A stretch of 64,000 nt of DNA, taken from the NCBI GenBank assembly GCA_951406725.2, contig OX597815.1, positions 98,394,001-98,458,000 on the forward strand. Reading direction: 5' to 3'. Numbering within the stretch: position 1 is the stretch's first letter; every line of letters begins with the position of its first letter. Under the pieces are notes generated by a model that had not been told where the DNA came from, did not search any database, and saw only the letters and a list, made by a program, of their open reading frames with translations. Below are positions 1 through 13,591 of the stretch, piece by piece. A program made the position numbers and the translations under genes. The stretch is from Octopus vulgaris. Its lineage: Eukaryota.

Positions 1-2390
1 ACACATACATGTAGGCACACACATACATACATACCCACACATGCACACCCTTACACTGAATGCACACACACATACACCTTTTTGCATCCAGGCAGCCCCC
101 CCTCTTTTCTGCTTTCGGTTTTGGCTGATGGACCCTCGGTTCCCGCGTAGCGGAGCGTTCGAGGGCCTTTGCGCTCGCGCGCCTTGGCGCGCGCTGGGGG
201 GCTTGGTCGGCCCCTTGGGCTTGCGTTGTACTGCTTGTGCGTTGTGTGCGTGAGCGCGCTTCGTGTGTGTGGGCTTGCTTCGGATGTGCGCGTGCGTATG
301 TATGCATACATACCCACACACTCGCATGCATCCCTACCCACATACATACACGCACACCTACTCACACACACACATACACACACACATACCCGCACACACA
401 CACACATACATACATACACACACCTACCTACTCCAGACATACACACACACAGACATACACCCATACACTCACACTCACACGCATACACACACACACATAC
501 ACACGCACACGTACACATACACACACACACACACACACCTATATACATACATTACACTTGTATACACACACACTTACATTCATACACACACACACCTACA
601 CAGCCATACCCTCACTCAGACACACACATCTACCTACACACACACACAAACACACACAGGCACACACCCATACATACATACATCTACACACACACGCCTA
701 CACACATACATACACACATACATAAACACACACACATACACATACACACACATACGCACACACACATATACTTATACACATGCACACACACACACATACA
801 TACATACACCCATACACATACACACACACATACCTACATACTCCTATACGCACATACATACACACAGACATACACACATACACACTCACACAAACATACA
901 CACACACATACTTACACACACACTCACCTGCACGCGCACACACATGCATGACAAACACCCATACACTCACACTCACATACGCACACACCAACATAAACAC
1001 GCACACGCACACACACACCTACACTCCCACACACATACACACGCACCTACATACACACACGCACGCATACACACGCACACACACGCATACACACATACAT
1101 TACACACGTACACACACACCTACATACACATGCATACACACACACACACAAACATGCACGGACACACCCAGACATACTTACATACACCTATATACACACG
1201 CCCACACACCTACATACACACACATATACACACGCCCACACACCTACATACACACACATACATACACACACATACACGGACACACCCATACATACTTACA
1301 TACATACACCTATACACACACGCCTACACACCTACATACACACACATGCATACACACACACACATGTACGCACATACACACACATATACGCACATACATA
1401 TATACCCACACACATGCACACACACACACATACGCACATGCATGCATGCATGCACACGCGCACACCTACACGCATACACACACACACGCACGTACACATA
1501 CATACATACACACACGCATACATACACCCATACACATACATGCATCCTACACACACATACATACACACTCACACATACATACACACACACACACTCACTC
1601 ACACACCTGTATGTACGCGCACACACATGCACATACACACACTTCCCCACACCCACACGTACATACATACACACTCATACACATACACACACACACACAC
1701 GGACATACATCTATGCACACACATATATACACACATACTCACATACATTCATCGGACACACTGCCACCCAGACATACACACAGACACACTCACACATCCA
1801 CACACATACATACTTACGCGCATACTCGCAGGCGCGCGCACACACGCGCTTGCGCCGGTTCGCGCACGCATACGCGCCGCATGCACCTCGCTCTTGGACC
1901 CGACGAGACCTCCCGCTCGTTCCTGGGACCGTCGCTTGTCGTTGGGTTTTCCCACGCCCGTCTCCGCGGGACCACTCTTCCATCTTCCCCTTTGCTGGAG
2001 TCCTTTTTCCTTAACCCCCCACCCTTTTTCGTTACACACACGCGCACACATATACACACATTGCTTAAATATATACATTACTCTTACACACATTCAATCT
2101 ACTCGCCATTAATACTACCACGACACTGGACACACACACACACTACTACTCAACACACGCTGGCACGCTACATACGCCCCCACCCCTTCCCCTCCCTCCC
2201 TTCCTCCTTCCTTCTTTTTCTTACTACTGACCATTGTCTGCTATGCCGACCACTGTCTCGCCCTACCTCACACGCCTACACACAGACGCACACACTAACA
2301 CATACATATATTTTTTGTTTTTTTATCTCGCCTCACACACACACATACACACACGCACACGCACACACTCACACATACACACACATCTGT
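1..2390. repeat. Highly degenerate (CA)n/(CATA)n low-complexity tract with two GC-rich islands; possibly low-quality consensus sequence
   Basis: ~2.4 kb of irregular CA/TA units, very G-poor on the + strand; all overlapping His/Thr/Tyr- or Cys/Val-rich ORFs are repeat translations. Confidence 0.85.
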
Positions 2391-2487
2391 TGCGTTACCA
2401 ACCTTGTCTCCACTCTTTTGCCTTTAAAAACCTACTTTGCTCTTGTTATCGTAAACTTCCGCCTTTCACCATGTGTAACTCGTAAAC

Positions 2488-2686
2488 ACCAGTCGTTTTT
2501 TTTCTCTATCCCTGTTGCCCGCTTTGGGATCTTTCTTTCCTCTCTCTTCCTTCTTTATGTTTCCGACGAAGAGCTCCGCTCGAAACGTCATACCTCCCTG
2601 CTTCCATTTCCTGAGCGCCTATTAATAATAATACTGTAATTGTTCCATTGTTGTTGTTTTTTGTTTTCCCGTTTGGATTAAAATTA
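2488..2686 (+). mobile_element. ~200-bp non-autonomous HHR-bearing element (family 1, Penelope pLTR-like), copy A
   Basis: Shares gatctttc..gtttccgacgaagagctccgctcgaaacgt..ttcctgagcg..taata..ttgttcca..tttggattaa with copies at 53505-53703 and 61152-61332; ends in (TA)n. Confidence 0.75.
2559..2593 (+). ncRNA. Minimal type-I hammerhead ribozyme motif, variant core CCGACGA
   Basis: gttt-CCGACGA-A-GAGC(tcc)GCTC-GAAA-C-GTC-atac; U4>C change in core and one helix-I mismatch. Confidence 0.55.
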
Positions 2687-2834
2687 TATATATATATATA
2701 TATATATGAATATGAGAGGGAGACGGAAGAGATAGCAATGCTGATAAAAACGATCCAGCTCTATATGCATAAGTATATATATGTGTGTGTAAGTATGTAT
2801 GCATGTAAGTATGCATGAATGTATGTAAGGTCAC

Positions 2835-3200
2835 TAGGGACACTTGCACAACGACAGCAAAGACATGAAAATGACCGAAGGAGTGCTGCTGCACGCAGGC
2901 CAATGTGTCACAAGAGGCAAGAAAAAAACGATTAGAAGAATTTTTTAAAAATGCATTCAGCAGGAGTCAATAATCATAAAAGGTGAAAGAACAACGTTTA
3001 AAGGCTGCAAGACAAAGACAAGCTGCCTGAGTTGCCAATGAGACAATAGGTCAGCGAAAGATGAGACAACAAAAAAAAAAACTAGGAGAAAACAGTTGCT
3101 GCAAAACTTCGCCATTCCTCAGAGGAAGGACATTAGCGTCTTCATCAAAAGGAGATGAATACGTTTGACAAAAGAGTTGCACCTTTTAAAGGGACTTGGA
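2835..3200 (+). pseudogene. Decayed STPR-like 23-aa repeat coding remnant, probably Helitron-derived
   Basis: Manual translation across a frameshift and stops: TLAQRQQRHENDRRSAAARR/ANVSQEARKKRLEE...*S*KVKEQRLKAARQRQAA*VAN ETIGQRKMRQQK; 23-aa period of ET/S..QR..RL...R...AARRAN. Confidence 0.5.
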
Positions 3201-3209
3201 AAGATCAGC

Positions 3210-3486
<277 letters not shown>

Positions 3487-4698
3487 GATTGACATCCGCT
3501 ATGTATTTGTACAAGTTTGCTCCAAGTCTCACCCAGAGATCTCAAGAGAAATTCATGTTGGTGTCATGCCTTGTGTGTCATATATTTGGTTTTGTACATA
3601 ATATTGTTCTAGAGAATGTTTAAGAAAACCAAAAAATTATGACTTTGTTTTAAAATTTGAAATTACATAGACAGTATTTTATGTAGGATATGGGCAATTC
3701 TCATGCGCATTATCTTTTGAATTTCTGCCATTTTGGGGTTTCCTGGTATCTGAGCTACGTAGCAATCAATCCATTTTCCTATCATTCCTAGTGTACCTAT
3801 GACAAAAGGGTTTAGTCATGTAGTTCCACATTTTGCCAATTTCTATTTCAAGATCTTTATACTTGCTCAGGTTTTGGTAGGTCTTCACGGATACAGTTAG
3901 GCCGATTGGGACAGTGATATCAATAAGGAGGCATGATTTTTGTCTGAAGTCTTCAAATGTAATGTCTGGCCTATTCTCATCTATCTTTCTGTCAGTTTGA
4001 ATGGTAATGTTCCAGAGAGGTGAGATGTGATCATTTTCAAACACTGGAGGTGGTTTGTGTTCTCACCAGTTTTTTCATGGGGTAGGTCCAGCTTTTTGCA
4101 AATTACCCAGTAAATGTATTGTGCTGCTCTATCAAGAAGACTGGATATAGAGACAACATGATCAATGGCTTCATTTTGTTGTTGACATACACGACATGTT
4201 GGGTTACTGCTGTTCTTTAATATGTTGGATTGATCGTTCCTTCTAGGTAGGCATTGATCTTGGAATGCTCTGATAACCCTTCTGCTTCTGATTTTAAGCT
4301 AGAAGACACTAACCATTGATGGGTAAGAGCTTTGCCGACATCGGCACTATTAGCTCTCTTTGGGTATTTGCCATTCAGAGGTTTTTCTTGCTATTTATCA
4401 GTAAGAATATCCAAGGCAGCAGTTTTAGCACGGGTTTTCATACGCTTGGCTTTTTCTGTGCATATTTCTAGTACGTCTAATTCTGGAGTTTGTTGTATTT
4501 GGAATTCACTTAGATATTCCTTTGCCTGTTTGTAACTGAGTATGATGCTTTCTTGTTTTTATGTTTTGAGACAAGTTTTAACATCCAATCCTCAAAGTTT
4601 TTCAGGTAGGTGTCTAGGCCAATTGTGGCAATCTTCACTGTTAATTCCAGTTGTAAAAGTCCATGACCAACCTCTCTTCTTAGCATGTACAGTTGTTC
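3487..4698 (-). mobile_element. Older 5'-truncated R4/Dong-type non-LTR retrotransposon, C-terminal RLE region
   Basis: ORF 3766-4044 LWNITIQTDRKIDENRPDI..LLIDITVP..KYKDLEIEI (PD-(D/E)xK restriction-like endonuclease); terminal IAHILHKILSM* at ~3663 matches TAHILRRTLSIQ* of the neighbouring copy; flanked by (TAA)n. Confidence 0.8.

Positions 4699-4762
<64 letters not shown>
4699..4762. repeat. (TTA)n microsatellite separating two LINE copies
   Basis: Direct reading. Confidence 0.95.
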
Positions 4763-4765
<3 letters not shown>

Positions 4766-7605
4766 TAGTTTTATTTTTATAGCGTGCTTTCACATCACTA
4801 CCGAGCGCAGCTCTGTGTGCCTTGGGTATGTGCTGTGATTTGTTGTGATGCTCTGATGGTTATTGTATGGAAAGTGTTCTGCGTAGGATGTGTGCAGTGC
4901 CTAGTAGTGCAATTTTCTGTATGTTATATGTGTTTGTAAGTCCTGGTGTTTTTGTTATGTATTTGTCTGAATATTTTTTTATCATGCCTAATGCACCTAC
5001 TATGATAGGAATTGTTTCTGTTTTCAGATTCCACATTCTAGTTATCTCTATTTCCAGGTCTTTGTATTTTGAGAGTTTCTCCATTTCTTTTAGAGACACG
5101 TTGTCATATGCCGGTATTGATACATCAATTAGAAAGCATTTTTTTCTTCATAATCTCTGACAACTATATCTGGTCTGTTGGCCTTAATTTCTCTATCTGT
5201 GTGTATCGGCATATCCCAGAGTATGGTTGCTTTCTCGTTTTCTGTGACCTTTTCTGGTGTGTGCCTATACCATCTTTTTTCTGTTGTTATTCCATAATGT
5301 TGGCATAGCTTCCAATGTATGTAGGTTCCAACTCTGTCATGTCTGTGAATATATTCCTTCTTAACCAGGACTGGGCAGCTAGAGATAATATGATTTATTG
5401 TTTCTTGTCCATCTCCACATATTCTGCGGTTACTTGTAATATTTTTTTCATTACATGTTTTTGGTAATTTCTGGTGGGGAGGCTTTGGTCTTGTGCTGCA
5501 ATTAAAAATCCCTCTGTTTCTGCTTTGAGTCCTGAGCTTCTCAACCATTGCTGGGATTTTTCTTTGTTTATTTCTTTTGCGTTTAGTTTAGTGCAGTATT
5601 TACCATGGAGGGGCTTTTCTTGCCATCGTTTTATCATGGTTCGTTGCTGTTCTATTTTTAGTTTGGATTTCATTTGTTTTATAGCTTTTGTTGTTTCTTC
5701 ATCATCTTCTTCTTCTTCTTCATATTTATTAGGTGGTATGATTTCTTGTTTGTATTTGTCAGCTTCCTTAAATACTGAGAACAGTTTTTTGTTTTGCTCG
5801 TGTTTTGCTGCTATCTGGATCAGTTTTCCTTCCCTCTGAAGTAGATATTTTTGCAGTCCTATGGTGGTTATTTTATAGTAGTTTTCCAGCTGTATAAGGC
5901 CTCTACCACCTTCTATACGTTGTATATATAGTCTTTCTATGTCAGATTTTGGGTGATGCATCCTAGATCCTGTCAGTATTTTTCTTGTTTTCCTATCTAT
6001 TTTGGACAATTCATTTCGTGTCCAGTTAAGGATATTGTAGCTGTAACTTATAACTGGGACAGCTAAAGTGTTGATACCTATTATCTTGTTTTTAGCATTG
6101 AGCTCTGTTTTTAGTATTGATCTAACTCGTCTATAATATTCTTTTTTTATTTTCTCTTTCATTTGCGTGTGTTGTGTCTTATCTAGTTCATGGATTCCTA
6201 AGTATTTGTAAGTTTGGCTTTGGTCTAATTCTTTTATTTCATTGGTTTTATCTAGTGTGATGTGTTACTCTTAACTAGTTTTCCTCTTTTCATGGTTACT
6301 TTGGCGCATTTTTCTAATCCAAATTTCATATCTATTTCTTTGGTAAATCCATGAACTGTCTTTAATAGTGTTTCCAGCTGTTTGTCATTTGCAGCGTATA
6401 GTTTTAGGTCATCCATATATAAAAGGTGGCTGATCGTTTTGCCGTAACATTTATATCCGCATCCAGTTCTATTTAGCATATCAGATAGAGGTGACAGTGC
6501 CAAGCAGAAAAGGAGTGGAGAGAGCGTGTCTCCCTGGAATATTCCTCTTCTAATGGGGATGTCTTTGGTTTTCATGAGTCCCTCTTTTGTTTGGAGGTGT
6601 AGGACTGTTTGCCATTTATTCATAGAGTGCTCTATGAATTTTATGATTGTTGGTGCTACTTTGTTAATGGCTAGTGTTTCGAGGATCCATGTGTGGGGGA
6701 TGCTATCAAACGCCTTTTTGTAGTCAATCCAGGCCATACTGAGTCTTTTCTTCTTTCTGTGGCTGTCTTCAGTTACGGCTTTATTAATCATTAGTTGATC
6801 TTTACAGCCATATGAGCCTTTGCGGCATCCTTTCTGCTCTTCTGGGAACAGTTTGTTTTCGTCCAGGTGCTTGTTCAGCCTTTGCGATATCACTGCAGTA
6901 AATGCCTTGAACATAGTAGGGAGGCAGGTTATTGGTCTGTAGTTTTCTGGTTTTGCTGTTTCATTTGATTTGGGAATTAAGATGGTTTTCCCCTTCGTGA
7001 GCCATTCAGGCATTGTCTCTGGCTCTGCTAGTATGCTGTTAAAGTTTTCAGCCAGCTTTTTGTGCATTCCTGTTAGATATTTCAACCAGAAGTTGGGGAT
7101 CTTGTCATGCCCAGGTGCCTTCCAGTTGCTTAGTTTTTGCAGTGCCTGGGTGACCTCTTCAGTTGTTATGGGCGTCCAAAGTTGTTCAGATGCCGAGTTT
7201 GTTATTTTGATACTCCTTTTTTTGGCTGTTCGTTCGCCGACCATATTTCTCTCCAGAATTCTTCCAATTCTTCTGCCGTTGGTGCTGCAGTGACTTCTAT
7301 TTTATTTTTTCCCAGTTCTTGGTAGAACTTTTTGGGGTTGGAGAACTTTTTGTTCTGTTCAAGGAAGCGTTGGCGTTTCTCGTACCGGCGGATCCTTTGA
7401 GCTTTGGCAAGGATATCTTGCTTCAGCTTTTCTTTTATCTCCGGCAAATCTTATTCTGTGATGTTATATTTGCGGAGCATTTTTGTTCTCTTTTTGTTGC
7501 TCAGTAGCGTTAATTGTTTGTTGATTTCATTAAGAATCGACAGGTCTTTTCTAATTTTTTTCATTTTGTTTTGGATGTTATTTATTTATTTATCCACAGG
7601 GTTTG

Positions 7606-7606
<1 letters not shown>
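4763..7606 (-). mobile_element. 5'-truncated R4/Dong-clade non-LTR retrotransposon inserted in (TAA)n
   Basis: RT, CCHC knuckle and RLE domains in consecutive minus-strand ORFs; both ends abut (TAA)n tracts. Confidence 0.9.
4860..7600 (-). pseudogene. Frameshifted reverse transcriptase / restriction-like endonuclease ORF
   Basis: KAPGHDKI, NYRPITCL, EQKGCRKG, WIDYKKAFDSIPH, GIFQGDTLSPLLF, YMDD (6252-7244); GGRGL (5395-6162); RICGDGQETINHIISSC, RHD, RPDIVV (5129-5548); KLSKYKDL (4860-5099); split by several frameshifts. Confidence 0.9.

Positions 7607-7698
<92 letters not shown>
7607..7698. repeat. (TTA)n microsatellite
   Basis: Direct reading. Confidence 0.95.
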
Positions 7699-7699
7699 T

Positions 7700-7846
7700 G
7701 TATTGTGAATACAGAAATGATTTCCCAATAGAAAAATAAATTGAATTCAGAATAATTTCTATACAACATATTTTGCTTTTTGATTCTTTCTTCCAATATA
7801 TAAGGAATAATTTCATTCCCGGGCAACACCGGTTGCCTGTGCTTGT
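7700..7846 (+). mobile_element. Degenerate Helitron-like 3' terminus
   Basis: GC-rich hairpin ccgggcaacaccggttgcc (7819-7837) followed by CTTG|T, a one-base variant of the CTRR|T end. Confidence 0.4.
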
Positions 7847-7874
7847 ATACATACATACATACATTTATATTCGC

Positions 7875-7998
7875 AAGCTGGCCTCGTGGTAAGAAACTTG
7901 CTTCGCATGGTTTCGGGTTCAGTCACATAAATGAGCACCTTGGGTCGACTAAAGCTTTGTGAGTGGATCTGATTGATGGAAACTGAAAAAAACCCCAG

Positions 7999-8036
<38 letters not shown>

Positions 8037-8060
8037 CTTCTTTCAGTTTCCTTCTACCGG
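7875..8060 (+). mobile_element. Partial tRNA-derived SINE (head region, main family)
   Basis: gtggtaagaaacttgc..gggttcagtc..ttgtgagtggat..ggaaactgaa matches the 22420 copy. Confidence 0.7.
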
Positions 8061-8469
8061 GTCCACTTAATGGACAAAAGCAAACGAAAAATACAACATA
8101 GGAGTGATATGTTTTAGCCAATATTGTAGTAACCTGACATTTAAATGAGGTAAGGAAAAGAAACGTAACATTTTGGACGTTAGTCTTTCACCAAAAGAAA
8201 TGTAGAGGAGGAACGAGAGCGACTAAAAGTGGTTAAAGCAGAAGGTGAGGAAAAACGGGCGAGAGGATAGGAGCTAAGTAGAAATAATAGAGGATAGGAG
8301 CTAAGTAGAAATAAAGTTCTATGGGGAATCAGGAAGAAAGGGCGAGTGGGATATAGACACTGAGAGGAGTCTATCTCTGTTTTAAGATACTTCAGTGATG
8401 TGTGTGAGTGTGTGTATGAGGGAGCTCTGCATTCGAGCAAAAATAAACATCAAAATATTCTGTAGAATA

Positions 8470-8655
8470 TAATTACGTAGCGTTATAGTTAGGCATTTCG
8501 TCCGACTTTATCTTTTAGAGTTCAAATTCTGCCAAGATCAGGTTTGCTTTTCACCCTTTTGTGGTCGATGAAATAAGTACCAGTTGAACACTGGGGTTGA
8601 TATAAACGACTGGCCCCCACCCCAAAATTTCAGGCCATATGTCTATAGTGGAAAG

Positions 8656-8660
<5 letters not shown>
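8470..8660 (+). mobile_element. tRNA-derived SINE, second family (Deu/Nin-domain-like core)
   Basis: B-box gagttcaaattc followed by tttgcttttcacccttttgtggtcgatgaaataagtaccagttgaacactggggttgat; similar copies at 29730, 55495 and 57440. Confidence 0.6.
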
Positions 8661-8719
<59 letters not shown>

Positions 8720-11156
8720 TGGCTCGTTTAATGCAATTATATGAATACTGTCCATTACTTTTAATCGCTCTCTCTCTGCATCTATATCAAAACTTCAACA
8801 TACAAACCTACAAACACAAATATGAAACACACACACGAACGCATACAGATATGTCCTACAATATAGCTAGAGATAAACAGACTGACTAAATCATGCAAAT
8901 CAGTGAAGAATACCACTCCAGTCTCCGAGCTATTCAATCGCCTACTCTGGAAAGTGGAAGCAAATCTATATTTCCCCTCAAGACCACCGATAGAATATCC
9001 GCTTTAATTGCACTCCATCTGCTGAATAATTTCATATGACCTTTGCTAAATTGATTGAGAAAGGTAATTGCATCTGTCCAATTAGATTTAAATTTTATTT
9101 GATACCTTACACATTTTCTGAAGGATGCGTCTAAGTGTGCCTTTAGTATGTCACCATACTAGACGAACGAATTACTGTTTGGAGCCCATCAGTGTTGATG
9201 TGCTAAATCCATGACACAAACACTTAACCTTCAATGGCCCACTGAACTTAATAAAAGGTGGATAGATGTAATATATGCTGGTGCATTGGAAAAAAAGACA
9301 AATGTTTAGAGAAAATTACACTGTCATATTGAATATTATATAGAAAAGAAAGTTGTCTACGAATGTTAAGCCATTCTTTTACAACACACAAATATAACTC
9401 ATTCTTTGTATTTTACGGGGCTGATTTTACAAATTCACTCAAGCAGGAAATAGCTATTGCATTATTCTGCTAACCTCAGTGGTTAAGATACTGCATAACA
9501 GTTGCTTTAGCAACACAGGACCACTGTTTTCGAAGTTTATAAACAAAAAGATAACAAATACAGTTCTTCTGTAAGTGGGAATATAACACCGCTAGTAAAT
9601 ATGAGATAAACTGGAAGAATAGTTAGAACGTCGGACAAGATGCCTTGTGATATTTTCTACGACTTATACGTGTTCCGCTATGAAATTTGTTCTTCATTTA
9701 AAACAAAGATACCAGTCCAAGGCGATGATAGATATGCTTTGCGGTATTTGTTACTGTTCCTTTCTTTCTGAGCACCCAGGCTCTGTGGTATCCTATAAAA
9801 AATTGGTACCCGGTGAACAAAATAACCCAAGGAGAGCCACATAAAACGATTTTGTCATGCATATACTAATTGTCAAGAATGTCACCAGGGGTCGGTCGTC
9901 ACACAAATGCCACAAGATAAAGGGAGAAAATCTGAGGAATAATGGATTGAAATGCCATATATATCTTAGATGCTTGAAAGATGAGATATGCCGTCCAGAA
10001 TTTCATTTTCTTGAATACATCATGAGGGAATAATTTCAAAAAGAAGTTGAAAATTACATTAGTGATATTCTTATTTCATCTGAGTCCTTTAATTCTTATT
10101 GTTCAATTTACATAATTTTGTTAATAACAATAATGTGAAACATGAATATCACCATTTCTAGTTCTTCTGTAAGACATGCGCCATTTTTGTCTTGCCAGAA
10201 GAAATATATATGTAAAATATAAATATGTGGAGCATCACTTAAGGAAACTTCTGAACCCATTCCGTATCGATATTGCAAATGAGCATCAAAAGTATACTAC
10301 AGATATCTAGGTTTCAGCAACTAATATGTCTGCGCCTTGTCTAAGACGGTAAGGGACAATTTGAAATCATTTCACTGCTATTTCTAGCAGCATAAATGAC
10401 CAAGTAGAGACTCCCTCATTTGGCCGTGTTTTATCTCTGAGATGAATAGAGTATAATCCGAAAGATATTTGGCCACTATTTCTACTGCGCAGCTTCCCTA
10501 GTTAAATGATGAAGCTCAATGGAAGTTTTTATTTTCATTCTCATTTGTAGGTCTCAAGGGAAATAATTAGTGAATAAGTGATTATACATAAAACATTGCA
10601 ATAAAAATTGCGGATTAGGCTCGTCCGGAAATATTATTTATTGTTCTATATTTTTATTTATTTACACTCAATGGTGTTATCCGTAGCCTATTTGCTCGTG
10701 TTAAAATAGGTTCGATTTGTTGACAGTTTCACCATCCTACTTGCTGTCTAACACTTGTGTCCTTACAAGTTAGAGTGGAGACGAGGGGTGAGGTGGGACG
10801 AATAATTTAGCTGTTTAATTTGTAAAGCTTTTCGTTTCGACCTGGCCTCGCTAAAAAGTTAAATGATTCTGACACGGTGCTAACAGTTGCATATGGAATG
10901 AAGATAGATAGATAGATGGAGAGAGAGACACGCACAGAGGGAGAGAGAGAGAGACGGAGAGAAAAGCGAGAGAGCAGTGTAGTCGAGAATGAAATGAAAT
11001 GAAAAAGTGAATCATACACATTCATAATTATATATATACATACATGCATACATACATTATATATATATGTATACGTGTACATATATATATATATACATCC
11101 AAGGAGTAGGAGAGAGGGAAAGTGAGTGGGAAAGAGTGGAATAGAGGGAGAGTGAG

Positions 11157-11199
<43 letters not shown>

Positions 11200-12502
11200 G
11201 AGAAAGCAGAAAGAAAGCAAGAGAGAGAGAGAGAGAGGGTATAAAGCGCGACGTTCAAAAGCCAGCAGCGTTTATATTTGAAAGCGCGTGGAAGCAGGGT
11301 GTTGATCTCAGGCAGGCGTGTCATTCGCTTTCTACACTCCACTATTGATCATAAGCAGTTTTTCTATGCCATACTGGCCAACCAATGCTGGTAATTGACT
11401 CTGGCAGACAGCCTATGTAAATTACAGTCGAAGACAACAAATATAAAATGACGGCTTGAAAATAACGATAACAAAATATGTCGAAAAACAAAAAAAAAAA
11501 ACGAAAATAAAAGAAAATAAAGAAAGCAAAAATAATTTCGGAATAGAAAACAAAAAGCAGAAATATACAACGGATAACGTAAATTAAAGAGAACAGCAGC
11601 TTACATAACATTTCAAACACACACGTACACACAGATACACATTTTTCCAGACATATATATACACACACACGCACGTACATTTCCACAAACAATGAGAAAA
11701 AAGTCAAAGATAAATATATATATATATATATATGATGTCTTTATATAACATTTAATAAACTGAAATCACATGGTACAGGGAAATTATAGCTAACGAAGTA
11801 AAATGATACCTGTGATTTGAACCATCCTACGTTGAAATTGATTTACTGGTTTCGGCTAGGCTGAAACATTTAACCACACAGAGTTAAAAAGGGATGGAAT
11901 AAATAATATGATCTGTAATACGTTTGCTCGATGTAAGCGGGTGAGCAACATTAGTCATTAATTTCAATGTACTGCTGTTATAAATTTAAGGGAAGTAAAT
12001 CAACTGATAAAAATACCTTCTGAATTCGCAAAGCTAATATAAGAAAATATCAGTTTGGCAAATACAAAGTAACAATGGTCAAGGTGATACACATACACTC
12101 AAGGTGCTTGGTCGATCTTAACGCATGTTTGACAGGTAGAACTTTCGAATGCATTGTTTGATTCCACTTCATTTATTTATCTCAATTTATCTCATGGAAA
12201 GGAAATGGAAAATAAAGAATTATATAGAAATATATGTATGCTTTTCACTGATTAATATAATACAAGCATAAATTTCTCAGAGTGCATAAAAATAGAAACT
12301 ATTCTCCCCCCCCCCCACACTTTGCTAGCTGTCAAACACAAACCACTATATGTACATATGTATATATGAATGACCCGTCCTTGTTTTTTTGTATCGTCTA
12401 TCTGGATGCTTTGTTGTCCCTTTTTGCATCACCTAGTTGTCCTAATGTTTTGCGCTCTTTTCCCATTTTGTATTTTATTATATCTATCTATCTATCTCTC
12501 TA

Positions 12503-13034
<532 letters not shown>

Positions 13035-13039
13035 TCCCG

Positions 13040-13557
13040 GGTTGGGTCGGGGTTAACCACAGTAAATAAGGTACTCAATACATAGCAGAGTAAATTAATT
13101 TATTTTATAGAAGGAGCTTCTACAGGACTAGAACTGTTTCATTCAAATGAAATCTTCAGGAAGCTGGCTGTCAAAATAAGGTTTGGTATTTATACATTTA
13201 GGCAGATTTAACGGGGGGGGGACGTTTTTGGGGTAAGCAGAGCACAAACTATTGTTCTTAGGGGAGTGGTCAAAAGGCCAGAGAGTTTATTGAAATGAGA
13301 AGAATCAGTGAGAAAGTAAATAAGTGAATAAATAGAATAATTGAATAGAGTTTTAGGTAAATTAGAAGACAATTGCTTTTAGTCAGTTTGTTATTGTTAA
13401 GTGGAGGGAAGAAGTAGATAAATATACATGAAAAAACATATAAAATAAATATACGTACAAACCCACATACATACACCTGCGAATATCCATATATATATAT
13501 ACATATGCTCATGTATATACATACAGACACACACACACATACATACAAATACACAAG

Positions 13558-13591
<34 letters not shown>
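13040..13591 (-). mobile_element. Penelope pLTR-like element, outer part of left arm of a large inverted repeat
   Basis: 13101-13591 is the reverse complement of ~15500-15989 (ORFs 13270-13713 and 15365-15814 give near-identical peptides); carries an HHR. Confidence 0.7.
13115..13165 (-). ncRNA. Type-I hammerhead ribozyme (intact core)
   Basis: Exact reverse complement of 15925-15975. Confidence 0.75.

Noticed and set aside
169-2639. Long ORFs of 260-619 aa rich in His/Thr/Tyr
   Set aside because: Translations of degenerate (CA)n repeat, which lacks stop codons; no domain content.
8262-8314. 26-bp tandem duplication (also ~19-bp units at 43670-43720) as CRISPR-like repeats
   Set aside because: Only 2-3 adjacent units without unique spacers, in eukaryotic DNA; simple slippage duplications.
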